A stretch of DNA of 64,000 bases from Halothece sp. (GCA_042218725.1 JBDGQV010000061.1:1602-65601), one strand, 5' to 3'. Numbered from the stretch's first letter, positions 18,876 to 27,989 are shown. Notes: generated by a model from the sequence alone, not told the origin. Made by a program: numbers and translations.

Positions 18876-19889
18876 ATGGAAACCTTAGAGTATTTTTTAC
18901 CGCAAGTTTGGTTCGTCATCTTAGCCTTATTTCTGTTCCTCTACGTCATGTTGGATGGCTTTGATTTAGGGGTCGGTATTTTATCCATTACTGCCTCGAA
19001 TGAGGAACGTCGCGGCTTATTGATGACCAGTTTGAGTAATGTTTGGGATGCCAATGAAACGTGGCTAGTGTTGATGGGCGGGGCCTTATTTGGGGCCTTT
19101 CCCTTGGCTTACAGCACCATTTTAAGTGCCTTGTACATCCCAATTTGGACCATGGTCTTCGGCTTTATTTTCCGTGCTGTTGCCTTTGAGTTTCGGGAAC
19201 ATTCCAATCAAAAGTTCTTCTGGAATGCCGCCTTTGGTTTAGGCAGTTTCCTGGCAACCGTGGGACAAGGATTTGCCCTGGGCGGTGTGTTAAGCGGCAT
19301 CAATGTTGATGAAGCGGGACATTTTGTGGGGGGAATCTGGGATTGGTTGAGTTTGCCCTCAATTCTAGTCACCCTGACCTTAATCCAAGGCTATGTTTTA
19401 ATTGGATCAACTTACTTAGTGATGAAAACCGAAGGGGCCTTACAACAAACTCACTATCGCACTGCCAAAATTGCAGCCGTCACCACCTTAATCGGTGCCG
19501 TTTTAATTACCATTACCACTCCCATTTTCTTAGAAGAAGCGCGATCGCGCCTATTTGATGCCCCCTTTATTTACATTTTTGCCACCATTCCGATTTTAGG
19601 GGGGCTGTTAATTTGGCAACTGCTGCAAAGTCTAAATAAAAAACAAGAACGGGCCCCTTTTATTTGGACAATTTTGATTTTCTTACTCTCATTTGTCGGG
19701 TTAGGAATTATTGTCTTTCCCTATATTATCCCGCGATCGATTACCATTTACGAAGCAGCTGCCGACCCGAGTGCTTTGGTGTTTATGCTGACCTTTATCG
19801 GCTTTTTAATTCCGATTATGTTGGCTTACAACATCTATCAATATGTGGTGTTTCGCGGCAAAGTGAAGAGTAGTGAATACGAAGGGTAA
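18876..19889 (+). CDS. cydB: Cytochrome bd ubiquinol oxidase subunit II
   Basis: YVMLDGFDLGVG, WDANETWLV..GG.LFGAFP, FRAVAFEFR; starts 2 nt after cydA. Confidence 0.96.
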   Translation: METLEYFLPQVWFVILALFLFLYVMLDGFDLGVGILSITASNEERRGLLMTSLSNVWDANETWLVLMGGALFGAFPLAYSTILSALYIPIWTMVFGFIFRAVAFEFREHSNQKFFWNAAFGLGSFLATVGQGFALGGVLSGINVDEAGHFVGGIWDWLSLPSILVTLTLIQGYVLIGSTYLVMKTEGALQQTHYRTAKIAAVTTLIGAVLITITTPIFLEEARSRLFDAPFIYIFATIPILGGLLIWQLLQSLNKKQERAPFIWTILIFLLSFVGLGIIVFPYIIPRSITIYEAAADPSALVFMLTFIGFLIPIMLAYNIYQYVVFRGKVKSSEYEG

Positions 19890-19926
19890 AATGGAGTCTT
19901 CGTGAAGAATTTCTCGAATTTAATCG

Positions 19927-19953
19927 AACCACAGAGTCACAGAGAACACAGAG
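19927..19953 (+). repeat. 27-bp CACAGAG-trimer repeat, copy A (just past the GxxExxY stop, inverted relative to copy B)
   Basis: AACCACAGAGTCACAGAGAACACAGAG. Confidence 0.9.
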
Positions 19954-19956
19954 AAA

Positions 19957-20388
19957 TTAACCGTTGAGAAAACGTTTTATCCCTTGTTTAAGGATGGGAA
20001 CATTAAAGTTGATAATTAATCCTAGTTGAAGTTGACAAAGTTTAAGGTAAGTTAAAATTTGTGCTTCATGAATGGGTAAAATTTTTTCAATTGCTTTTAA
20101 TTCCACAATTACTTGTCGTTCGACTAATAAATCTAAACGATAACCACAATCGACTTTAATCCCCTTGTCGAATACTGGTATCGCAACTTCCTGTTTAACC
20201 TCTAAGCCACGTAACCCTAACTCATGAAATAAACACGCCGAATACGCTGACTCCAACAACCCTGGTCCTAACTGCCGATGCACCTCAATTGCTGCTCCAA
20301 TCACCTTTCCTGAGATCTCATTTAACTGATTCCTCTCTGTGAACTCTGTATCTCTGTGGTTCAAAACTCTCTCTACTCCATTTGGCAA
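19957..20388 (-). CDS. GxxExxY protein (PD-(D/E)XK nuclease superfamily)
   Basis: IGAAIEVHRQLGPGLLESAY, GYRLDLLVE..VIVELKA, HEAQILTYLK, GLIINFN. The start is uncertain: ATG at 20388 or TTG at 20364, directly before the repeat. Confidence 0.92.
   Translation of the reverse strand: MPNGVERVLNHRDTEFTERNQLNEISGKVIGAAIEVHRQLGPGLLESAYSACLFHELGLRGLEVKQEVAIPVFDKGIKVDCGYRLDLLVERQVIVELKAIEKILPIHEAQILTYLKLCQLQLGLIINFNVPILKQGIKRFLNG
20335..20361 (-). repeat. 27-bp CACAGAG-trimer repeat, copy B (inside the 5' end of the GxxExxY ORF)
   Basis: The minus strand reads AACCACAGAGATACAGAGTTCACAGAG, translated in frame as NHRDTEFTE. Confidence 0.9.
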
Positions 20389-20460
20389 ACCAATAACTTT
20401 AGTTTAATTGATCTCTGCTAAAATCTCCTTATGCAAGTGCCGATAAAGTAATTACTCCCA

Positions 20461-22473
20461 TTGAAACCTCAACTTCCCTCGCAACGCTGGCAACTTAATG
20501 AATTTAATCCGGAACAAATTAATTCCTTAATTGAGGCGACGGGATTGCCCCCGCTATTAGTACAAGTGCTCATTAATCGCGGGATTATGACGCCAGAAGA
20601 GGCAGAAGTTTATGTCAATCCGGAAACGGAAAATTTACCCTCGCCTCAACAAGAATTTTCGGATTTAGACCAAAGTATTGCGTTAATTATTGAGGCAATT
20701 GAGGAGAAAGATCCCATTATTATTTGTGGGGATTATGATGCTGATGGGATGACCAGTACTGCTCTTTTATTACGAACATTGCGGTATTTAGGGGCAGAGG
20801 TGGATTATCTGATTCCGAGTCGGATGACGGAAGGGTATGGGATTAATACGCGCATTGTAGAAGAATGTGCCAGCAATGGGGTGGGATTAATTTTAACGGT
20901 TGATAATGGGATTGCTGCTTATGATCCGATTTATCGGGCAGTAGAATTGGGATTGCAAGTGATTATTACAGATCACCATGATCTTCCAGAAATTGTTCCG
21001 CCAGCCGATGCGATTCTTAACCCTAAATTATTACCGGAAATTTCTCCCTATCGCGGTTTAGCTGGTGTGGGTGTGGCATATATTTTAGCAGTCACTACGG
21101 CACAAAAATTTGGAAAAATTAAGGGGTTAACTTCGCAACTTTTAGAGTTATTTACGTTAGGAACGATCGCGGATTTAGCGCCCTTAGTGGGAGTCAATCG
21201 CCGCTGGTTGAAACGAGGGTTGCGTCAACTTCCACAATCCAATATTCCAGGGGTGCAAGCATTGATGCAAGTGGGAGGTGTCAATGATGAACAAAAAGCA
21301 GTTAAACCGGATGATATTGGGTTTCGGTTGGGACCGAGAATTAACGCTGTCGGACGCATTAGCGATCCCCAAACCGTTATCGAATTATTAACAACAGATG
21401 ACTCAGGAATTGCCTTGGAACGGGCAATGCAATGCGAACAAATTAATCAGAAACGTCAAGAATTATGTGCCCAAATTGAACAAGAAGCGGTTGCCTATTT
21501 AGAAACCGGAGAAATTGATTGGTTGCGCGATCGCGTGATGGTTGTGGTTCAACCGAATTGGCATCATGGTGTCATTGGCATAGTTGCCTCTCGGTTGGTC
21601 GATCGCTTTGGGGTTCCCGTTTTTATTGGGACATATGAAGACGAAGAACAAACAGTAATCCGGGGTTCAGCGCGAGGAATTCCTGAATTTAATGTCTTTG
21701 ATTCCCTAGAATACTGTCAGGATCTATTAGCAAAATTTGGCGGACATAAAGCAGCTGGCGGGTTTAGTTTAAAAGCAACGAATCTTTCTATGTTTCGAGA
21801 ACGCTTGAGTGAATTTGCCCATCAATGGTTAGAACCGCAACATCTCAAACCGTTAGTCCAAATTGACGGCAAAGTAAATTTAGAAGATTTAACCGAAGCA
21901 TTTTATCAACAAGTCGATAGCTTACAGCCTTGGGGGATTGCTAATGAAGAACCAGTATTTTTAAGTGAAAGGGTAACAATTAGCAATCAACAAATTGTTG
22001 GGAAGAATCATTTGAAATTAACGGTAAGTCAAACCGTTGAGGGGAATTCTGTAAGTAAAACAGCAATTGGTTGGCGTTGGGGAGAATATTTCCCTTTACC
22101 GAAAACAGTAGATATTGCTTACAAACTCCGGGAAAATCAATGGAATGGCAATGTTAGTTTAGAATTGGAGTTAGTCGGAATTCGGTTGCCGGAAACCACT
22201 CATCATAAACAAACAAGTTATGAGTATCAAGGACGAACCTATCACTGTTGTTTGTTAGATGATATCAATGAATTGAGAATTGAAAATGATAAAGGAAATG
22301 TCTTGGTGGTGACACGGGGAGAACGCAACGGTCAATTAAAGACAGATTCCCAGCAGTTAAAGACGATTAATGTCACCCAACCTCCTTATTATCAGATTAT
22401 TAAAGCCGCCATGTCTGCCTTAGAAGGAACTCACTTCCCTTCGTCAGAGGATGAATCCTTGCAGAACCGGTAA
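20461..22473 (+). CDS. recJ: Single-stranded-DNA-specific exonuclease RecJ
   Basis: GDYDADG.TS, EGYG, TVDNG, ITDHH, GTIADL, RINAVGR, WHHGVIGIVASR, FGGHKAAGG; TTG start. Confidence 0.95.
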   Translation: MKPQLPSQRWQLNEFNPEQINSLIEATGLPPLLVQVLINRGIMTPEEAEVYVNPETENLPSPQQEFSDLDQSIALIIEAIEEKDPIIICGDYDADGMTSTALLLRTLRYLGAEVDYLIPSRMTEGYGINTRIVEECASNGVGLILTVDNGIAAYDPIYRAVELGLQVIITDHHDLPEIVPPADAILNPKLLPEISPYRGLAGVGVAYILAVTTAQKFGKIKGLTSQLLELFTLGTIADLAPLVGVNRRWLKRGLRQLPQSNIPGVQALMQVGGVNDEQKAVKPDDIGFRLGPRINAVGRISDPQTVIELLTTDDSGIALERAMQCEQINQKRQELCAQIEQEAVAYLETGEIDWLRDRVMVVVQPNWHHGVIGIVASRLVDRFGVPVFIGTYEDEEQTVIRGSARGIPEFNVFDSLEYCQDLLAKFGGHKAAGGFSLKATNLSMFRERLSEFAHQWLEPQHLKPLVQIDGKVNLEDLTEAFYQQVDSLQPWGIANEEPVFLSERVTISNQQIVGKNHLKLTVSQTVEGNSVSKTAIGWRWGEYFPLPKTVDIAYKLRENQWNGNVSLELELVGIRLPETTHHKQTSYEYQGRTYHCCLLDDINELRIENDKGNVLVVTRGERNGQLKTDSQQLKTINVTQPPYYQIIKAAMSALEGTHFPSSEDESLQNR

Positions 22474-22509
22474 AATTAAATTGCACCGTATGCTAACGGA
22501 GACAGCATC

Positions 22510-22860
22510 ATGCCACAATTTCTGATTACCTGGATTGTGACCGCGATCGCGCTATTGATTACTGCTAGAATTGTTCCTGGCTTAGAAATTGATAGTGTCT
22601 CAGCGTCTATTATTGGAGCAGCAATCCTGGGGTTTGTTAATGCGATTGTCAAACCCATCCTATTTATTTTTACGCTTCCCTTAACAATTCTAACTTTAGG
22701 TTTATTTTTACTAGTATTAAATGCGATTAGTTTGGGAATTGTGGGGGCTCTTACCCCTGGTTTTGCAGTGAGTGGCTTTTTACCTGCATTATTTGGTTCT
22801 TTGATTCTCTCTTTCATTGCAGGCTTATTAAACCAATTTTTCCAAGGAGAAATGGATTAA
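22510..22860 (+). CDS. Phage holin family / YvlD-like 4-TM membrane protein
   Basis: VNAIVKPILFIFTLPLTILTLGLFLLVLNA signature. Confidence 0.88.
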   Translation: MPQFLITWIVTAIALLITARIVPGLEIDSVSASIIGAAILGFVNAIVKPILFIFTLPLTILTLGLFLLVLNAISLGIVGALTPGFAVSGFLPALFGSLILSFIAGLLNQFFQGEMD

Positions 22861-22903
22861 ATTCCCCCATTCCTTAGCGTAATTCTATAAGGAGTAAATA
22901 TTT

Positions 22904-24091
22904 ATGTCAGCAAGAGTTCGTAAATTCTTTACTTATCTTCTCGTCTTAGTATTTGGTGTTTTATTAGGCGGAGGGTTTTATCAAGTGCTTCCCTCCCAAG
23001 CAGATACTATTCCTGAAAACGCTGTTGTTGCCCAAAATGTTGAAAGCACAGAGAGTCCTAGTCGGCAAGCGATCACGAACCGATTTGTTAGCTTTGCAGT
23101 TGAACAAGTCGGGGATGCAGTGGTTCGCATTGATACCGAAAAGGTCGTCACGCAAACCAATCCTTTTGCCGAGGATCCCTTTTTCCGTCGCTTTTTTGGC
23201 GATGACTTTTTCCAAAATATGCCTAGAGAGAGGCGGTTAAGGGGTCAAGGATCAGGTTTTATTGTTGATAGCAGTGGCATTGTTCTCACCAATGCCCATG
23301 TGGTTAAACAAGCGGATCAAGTGAGTGTCAACTTAAAAGATGGACGGACCTTTGATGGAAAGGTGCTAGGCGCTGATTCCGTTACCGATTTAGCGGCGAT
23401 TAAAATTGAAGGGAACGATTTACCCACGGCCAAGCTTGGCAACTCAGATGAAGTTAGAGTGGGAGACTGGGCGATCGCGGTGGGAAATCCGTTAGGATTA
23501 GATAATACCGTCACCTTAGGCATTATCAGCACCCTAAACCGCCCCAGTGCCAAAGTTGGTATTCCCGATAAACGCTTGGACTTCCTGCAAACCGATGCCG
23601 CGATTAATCCGGGGAATTCTGGCGGTCCTCTCCTGAATGATCGCGGTGAAGTGATTGGAATCAATACAGCTATTCGCGCTGATGCCAACGGTATTGGGTT
23701 TGCTATTCCGGTTAACAAAGCTAAATCTATCTATCCTAAGTTAGTGGAAGGAAGAAATGTTTCTCATCCCTACATTGGCATCCGCATGGTTACCCTGAAT
23801 CCTGACTTAGCCAAAGAAATTAACAATGATCCGAACTCGGGATTGCTAATTCCAGAAGTAGAAGGGGTTTTAGTGATGCAAGTGCAACAAAATACCCCTG
23901 CCGAACAATCCGGATTACGGCGCGGCGATGTCATTACTAAAATTGAAGGCACCCGCATTACGAGTGCCGAACAACTGCAACGAGTTGTGGAAAATAGCAA
24001 TGTTGGTCAACGATTGAATTTCACCGTGCGGCGAGGCAATCAAGTGGAAACTGTTGCCGTTTATCCGGCAGAATTAGACGATTTCTCCTAA
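22904..24091 (+). CDS. HtrA/HhoA/HhoB family serine protease with PDZ domain
   Basis: GQGSGFI, LTNAHVV, TDLA, QTDAAINPGNSGGPL, C-terminal PDZ. Confidence 0.95.
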   Translation: MSARVRKFFTYLLVLVFGVLLGGGFYQVLPSQADTIPENAVVAQNVESTESPSRQAITNRFVSFAVEQVGDAVVRIDTEKVVTQTNPFAEDPFFRRFFGDDFFQNMPRERRLRGQGSGFIVDSSGIVLTNAHVVKQADQVSVNLKDGRTFDGKVLGADSVTDLAAIKIEGNDLPTAKLGNSDEVRVGDWAIAVGNPLGLDNTVTLGIISTLNRPSAKVGIPDKRLDFLQTDAAINPGNSGGPLLNDRGEVIGINTAIRADANGIGFAIPVNKAKSIYPKLVEGRNVSHPYIGIRMVTLNPDLAKEINNDPNSGLLIPEVEGVLVMQVQQNTPAEQSGLRRGDVITKIEGTRITSAEQLQRVVENSNVGQRLNFTVRRGNQVETVAVYPAELDDFS

Positions 24092-24107
24092 ATTCGGAAT
24101 AATAAAA

Positions 24108-24133
24108 TCCCCCCAACTTGCTTTCCGGGGGGA
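24108..24133 (-). terminator. Intrinsic terminator hairpin (ndk 3' end; possibly bidirectional)
   Basis: TCCCCCC...GGGGGGA stem, followed by TTTTATT on the minus strand. Confidence 0.55.
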
Positions 24134-24176
24134 GTAACTATTAATTTAAGAATTGATTCATGATAGATTTTTCAAC

Positions 24177-24626
24177 CTATTCGTAGATCCAATTTTGCAA
24201 TGCCCCTTGCCAACTGATGAGTTCTTCTTCTTCAAACCAGAGGGCAATTTCGCGTTGTGCCGTTTCTACCGCATCAGAGGCATGGATTAAATTGCGCCCA
24301 ATGCTAATGCCATAGTCGCCGCGAATGGTACCCGGTTCTGCACTGAGAGGGTTGGTTTCGCCAACGATTTTTCTGGTGGCTGCCACAATGCCTTCCCCTT
24401 CCCAAACCATGGCGACGACGGGGGCAGAAGTGATAAATTCCACTAAATTACTAAAAAAGGGCTTATCACGGTGAACATCATAGTGTTTTTCGGCTAATTC
24501 CCGTGAAACATTCATGGTTTTCATGGCAATGACATTGAAGCCTTTTTGTTCAAAGCGTTTGATAATTTCTCCAATTAACCCCCGTTGTACACCATCGGGT
24601 TTGATCATGATAAATGTCCGTTCCAC
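24177..24626 (-). CDS. ndk: Nucleoside diphosphate kinase
   Basis: [38 protein letters not shown]; GTG start. Confidence 0.97.
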   Translation of the reverse strand: MERTFIMIKPDGVQRGLIGEIIKRFEQKGFNVIAMKTMNVSRELAEKHYDVHRDKPFFSNLVEFITSAPVVAMVWEGEGIVAATRKIVGETNPLSAEPGTIRGDYGISIGRNLIHASDAVETAQREIALWFEEEELISWQGALQNWIYE

Positions 24627-24675
24627 AATGATCTCCTTATGTTTTACGCAAACGATACACCACAGACAGGTTATA

Positions 24676-25095
24676 TCATTTTGGGGAGTTGTGGTAAGCT
24701 AATTCTTGCAATTTTTCTGTCCACTGAGCAGCAAGGGAACTTTGGGTAAAGGGAATCTCAATGCTTTTCCCATTATTCAAGGTGAAATGAATGTTGGCTT
24801 TGCCCTTAGAAGGCGCTTCTTGTGGAGAAACAGAGCGCCCGTTCACCTGTAGTTGAATCTCAGACACTTCATTGAGGGAAAAGCTTTCTACTGATTGGGG
24901 TTCACCGCGACTGGGTTTTCCCCAGGCAATGGTGTCGTCTTTTTGCCCCAAGACAGCATAAACATCATATTTAGCGCGATCGAATTGTTCTGCCCAATGG
25001 CGATAGGCTTCCACTTTTTGAGATTCGTTCCAACCTGCCCAAGCTAAACCAATAAAGAGTGCCAGTAGGGGGAGCCAAATTAATCCTCGTTCCAT
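24676..25095 (-). CDS. Conserved cyanobacterial hypothetical protein with N-terminal TM segment
   Basis: [45 protein letters not shown]; starts 3 nt after the pspA-like stop. Confidence 0.75.
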   Translation of the reverse strand: MERGLIWLPLLALFIGLAWAGWNESQKVEAYRHWAEQFDRAKYDVYAVLGQKDDTIAWGKPSRGEPQSVESFSLNEVSEIQLQVNGRSVSPQEAPSKGKANIHFTLNNGKSIEIPFTQSSLAAQWTEKLQELAYHNSPK

Positions 25096-25098
25096 TGC

Positions 25099-25842
25099 CT
25101 ACTGTTTGAGTTCTGAGCGCAGTTGTTCCAATTCTTGATCCACTTCTGCTTTTTGACTCTCAGGAAGCTCTTTTTGCCGGGAACTTTGCGATTGTTCTTG
25201 TTTCATTTGATTTAATTCAGAATCCACATCTGAGCCTTGTTCAAGGGCAGCAAATTGTTGTTCCATATCATCTTGCCCAAGTTCTTGGGAGGCTTCTGCT
25301 GAGGCTTCCATTTCGGTCACTTTCTCTTCCATTTGTTCAAAGGCACTCAGCGAACTGCCGGTATTGATATCCCCCAAAAACTCGTTAACCCGTTGTGTGG
25401 CTTCTGCCGATCGCGCTCTAGCGATATACATATCTTTTTTATTTTTCGCCTCGGAAATTTTATTTTCCAACTTGCGCATATCGGCTTTGAGTTTATCAAT
25501 CACCTGGTTTTGTTGCGTCAGTTGTTGATCCAGGCTTTGCGCCGTTTGCTCGTAGTTTTTGCGGCGGGTAAGTGCTTCTCTAGCCAATTCTTCGTTGCCT
25601 TTTTCCAGCGCAAGTTGAGCGCGTCTTTTCCACTCTTCGGCAGTACTTTTGGCTTGATTGGCTTGACGTTCAGTGCGCTTTTGGGAAGCAATCGCTTGGG
25701 CAACCGCTTGTCGCAACTTGACCAAGTCTTGTTGCATGTCTTCTACAGCTTGCTCCAGAATTTTTTCCGGATCTTCCGCCTTGTTTAGTAAACTATTGAT
25801 GTTGGCTTTGATTAAGCGCCAGATACGTTGTAGAAAACCCAT
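25099..25842 (-). CDS. PspA/IM30 (Vipp1-paralog) family protein
   Basis: KAEDPEKILEQAVEDMQ.DLVKLRQAVA, LAREAL.R, AFEQMEEKV, QFAALE; coiled-coil. Confidence 0.93.
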   Translation of the reverse strand: MGFLQRIWRLIKANINSLLNKAEDPEKILEQAVEDMQQDLVKLRQAVAQAIASQKRTERQANQAKSTAEEWKRRAQLALEKGNEELAREALTRRKNYEQTAQSLDQQLTQQNQVIDKLKADMRKLENKISEAKNKKDMYIARARSAEATQRVNEFLGDINTGSSLSAFEQMEEKVTEMEASAEASQELGQDDMEQQFAALEQGSDVDSELNQMKQEQSQSSRQKELPESQKAEVDQELEQLRSELKQ

Positions 25843-25905
25843 TGTTTCCTGATAAATGTTGTTGGTCCTTACGACGATGATAGCGTTTTTTCCATGGCAA
25901 GTAAG

Positions 25906-25944
25906 CAGTAACCAGTTACGAAGGAGTTACTGGTCACTGGTCAC
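25906..25944. repeat. Inverted heptamer (STRR-like) array
   Basis: CAGTAAC CAGTTAC - GAAGGA - GTTACTG GTCACTG GTCAC. Confidence 0.7.
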
Positions 25945-25946
25945 CT

Positions 25947-26147
25947 TTAATAAGCAAGGGTTTCTAAGGTTTCCCGCAAATAGGTCCGAACTTGCTCGTC
26001 TAAATCATCTTGAGATTCAGTTTCCTTAACCCCATTTTCCAGTTGCCAACTGTTAAATCCAGAACTGGCAGCGATCGCGCTTCGTAAATTTTTCCAGTTT
26101 GCTTGGTTTTCGGAAAATTCCTGTTCCTTAATGGTTGTACTGGCCAT
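25947..26147 (-). CDS. Conserved small cyanobacterial hypothetical protein
   Basis: W..LRSAIAASSGF.SW...LDEQVRTYLRETLETLAY C-terminus; the start could be 26159 or 26147. Confidence 0.75.
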   Translation of the reverse strand: MASTTIKEQEFSENQANWKNLRSAIAASSGFNSWQLENGVKETESQDDLDEQVRTYLRETLETLAY

Positions 26148-26316
26148 ATCGCTCCCCAATAATGACTAATTTCAGCTTTTTCTTACACAGTAGCTTAACT
26201 GGGTTGATTATTTCTGCTGCTGGGGATACAAAATATAAACATTATAATTAGAAAATTAAATTAATTTGTTAACTTTAAGCTAGTTTTTGAAGAATCCAAG
26301 GTGAGGATGAGAGGAA

Positions 26317-27303
26317 ATGGGAGTTAAGCTTTATTTACGGGAAGCCATTGGACTCATTGTCAAAACCATGCCGTTTATTTGGATTCGGCTTGGGAGTTAT
26401 GCCCTCCTGGGTTTAGGACTTGCGGTTTACCTAGCCGTAGCAGGAGGGGTGGCTTGGCTGTTGGGGCAAGCGTTAAGTTTATTGGGAGTCATTGTCTTTT
26501 TAATTGCCCTCGGGGGCGCTTGGGTATTAGTGCAGTGGGCGCAACGATATTTCTTTTATCTCTTACAGGCGGCTCACATTGCCGTCATGACAGAATATAT
26601 TGTTTACGGGCAGGCTCCAAAAGGTTCACAAGTTCAGTATGGTAAGCAACAAGTTCAAGACCGGTTTCGGGATACCAGCATCATGTTTGCGGTGGATGAA
26701 CTCATTGATGGCGTTGTCCAAGGGATTAACCGCTCGTTTGCGCAATTAACCCAAATTTTGCCCATTCCCAATCTGGAAAACTTAAATGCCATTGTGGAAC
26801 GGGTTTCCAAGTTTGCCACCACGTATATTGATGAAGCCATTCTGAGTCGCGCCTATCAATATCGGGAAAAAAATGTTTGGGCAGTTGCCCAAGATGGGGT
26901 CATTCTCTATGCTCAGGCTTGGAAACCGGTACTCGCCAATGCGGTTGCGCTCACGGTGATTAATTATCTGGAAATGGCAGTGGTGTTAGTAATTTTGGGC
27001 GTGCCAGCGATTATCCTAGGAGCCCTGATTCCCGTTGCTGCCATTCGCACCCTATTGGGCGTTCTCGTAATTGTCGGTGTCTGGATGTTTAAGCTCGCTG
27101 TTTCCGATGCCTATGCCATGGCCGCCACGTTATTGGCTTACCATCGCTCAACAGAAGACATGGAACCAAATCCAGAATGGCAAGAACGGTTAACCGGCAT
27201 CAGCGATCAATTCCGAAATCTTTGCGATCGCGCGGCCAATGCAGTCTCAGGGGAAGAACCAACCCAATCTGAACCTCGGGAACAAACCGATTATTGGCAA
27301 TAA
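26317..27303 (+). CDS. Hypothetical multi-TM membrane protein
   Basis: 328-aa ORF with RBS GAGAGG and 4-5 hydrophobic segments; no family recognised. Confidence 0.8.
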   Translation: MGVKLYLREAIGLIVKTMPFIWIRLGSYALLGLGLAVYLAVAGGVAWLLGQALSLLGVIVFLIALGGAWVLVQWAQRYFFYLLQAAHIAVMTEYIVYGQAPKGSQVQYGKQQVQDRFRDTSIMFAVDELIDGVVQGINRSFAQLTQILPIPNLENLNAIVERVSKFATTYIDEAILSRAYQYREKNVWAVAQDGVILYAQAWKPVLANAVALTVINYLEMAVVLVILGVPAIILGALIPVAAIRTLLGVLVIVGVWMFKLAVSDAYAMAATLLAYHRSTEDMEPNPEWQERLTGISDQFRNLCDRAANAVSGEEPTQSEPREQTDYWQ

Positions 27304-27310
27304 CTCTAGT

Positions 27311-27922
27311 TTATGATTCTGGGGAAGTTGACTGTTCCTGTTCCGTAGCAATCGGCGGTAAAATTTGCTTGACCCGAAAGCCGGGAACCAAATAGCTGCT
27401 GGTAATTTGCTCTGGCGAAGCCGGTGTCAAATTTGCCAGCTGGTTTCCGCTAGTGAGGAAAACGGCAATGACACTGAGCGGAACTTGTAAAAATAGGTTA
27501 CTGCCCAAAAACGCGATCGCGGCCACGAATAAACCGACCCAGTGATTGGGAAATGGTGTTACTGGGGCAACCAGCGGTGCATAACGAGCAATGGCCCATA
27601 AGGCAAACAAGAGCGCGATCGCGCCTAATCCGGTTAAAATGCGATGCTTCGGAGTCTTAAACACCCGTAAAATTTGCCGTTGCTGTTGAGTTAATTGATC
27701 CGGTTGCAGAGAGAGAAAGACAATACTGAAAATATCAAACGGACGAGCCCATTGCATGAGGGTAATGGGAACAGTTCCCGCAATGGCAACGAGCATTAAC
27801 TCAATCACTACCGGAAGAATCGGTTTCCCGGCAGCCAGTCCTAACCAGACTAACTCTAACCACAAAGGAAGAATGGCGAGTCCTGCTAAATGAATCCACA
27901 GATACGGTTCTTTTCTATGCAT
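27311..27922 (-). CDS. Cyanobacterial 'low-complexity tail membrane protein'
   Basis: EPYLWIHLAGLA.LPLWLE, MQWARPFDIFS, SNLFLQVPLSV. Confidence 0.8.
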   Translation of the reverse strand: MHRKEPYLWIHLAGLAILPLWLELVWLGLAAGKPILPVVIELMLVAIAGTVPITLMQWARPFDIFSIVFLSLQPDQLTQQQRQILRVFKTPKHRILTGLGAIALLFALWAIARYAPLVAPVTPFPNHWVGLFVAAIAFLGSNLFLQVPLSVIAVFLTSGNQLANLTPASPEQITSSYLVPGFRVKQILPPIATEQEQSTSPES

Positions 27923-27946
27923 AGTTGCTTGTAATGAATGGGTTTC

Positions 27947-27979
27947 CCCCTCTCCCGATTTCTAGGAAAGAGAGAGGGG
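27947..27979. repeat. GC-rich REP-like hairpin downstream of infB
   Basis: CCCCTCTC...GAGAGGGG with no U-tract; may act as a terminator or RNA stabiliser. Confidence 0.45.
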
Positions 27980-27989
27980 CGTGAGAGAA

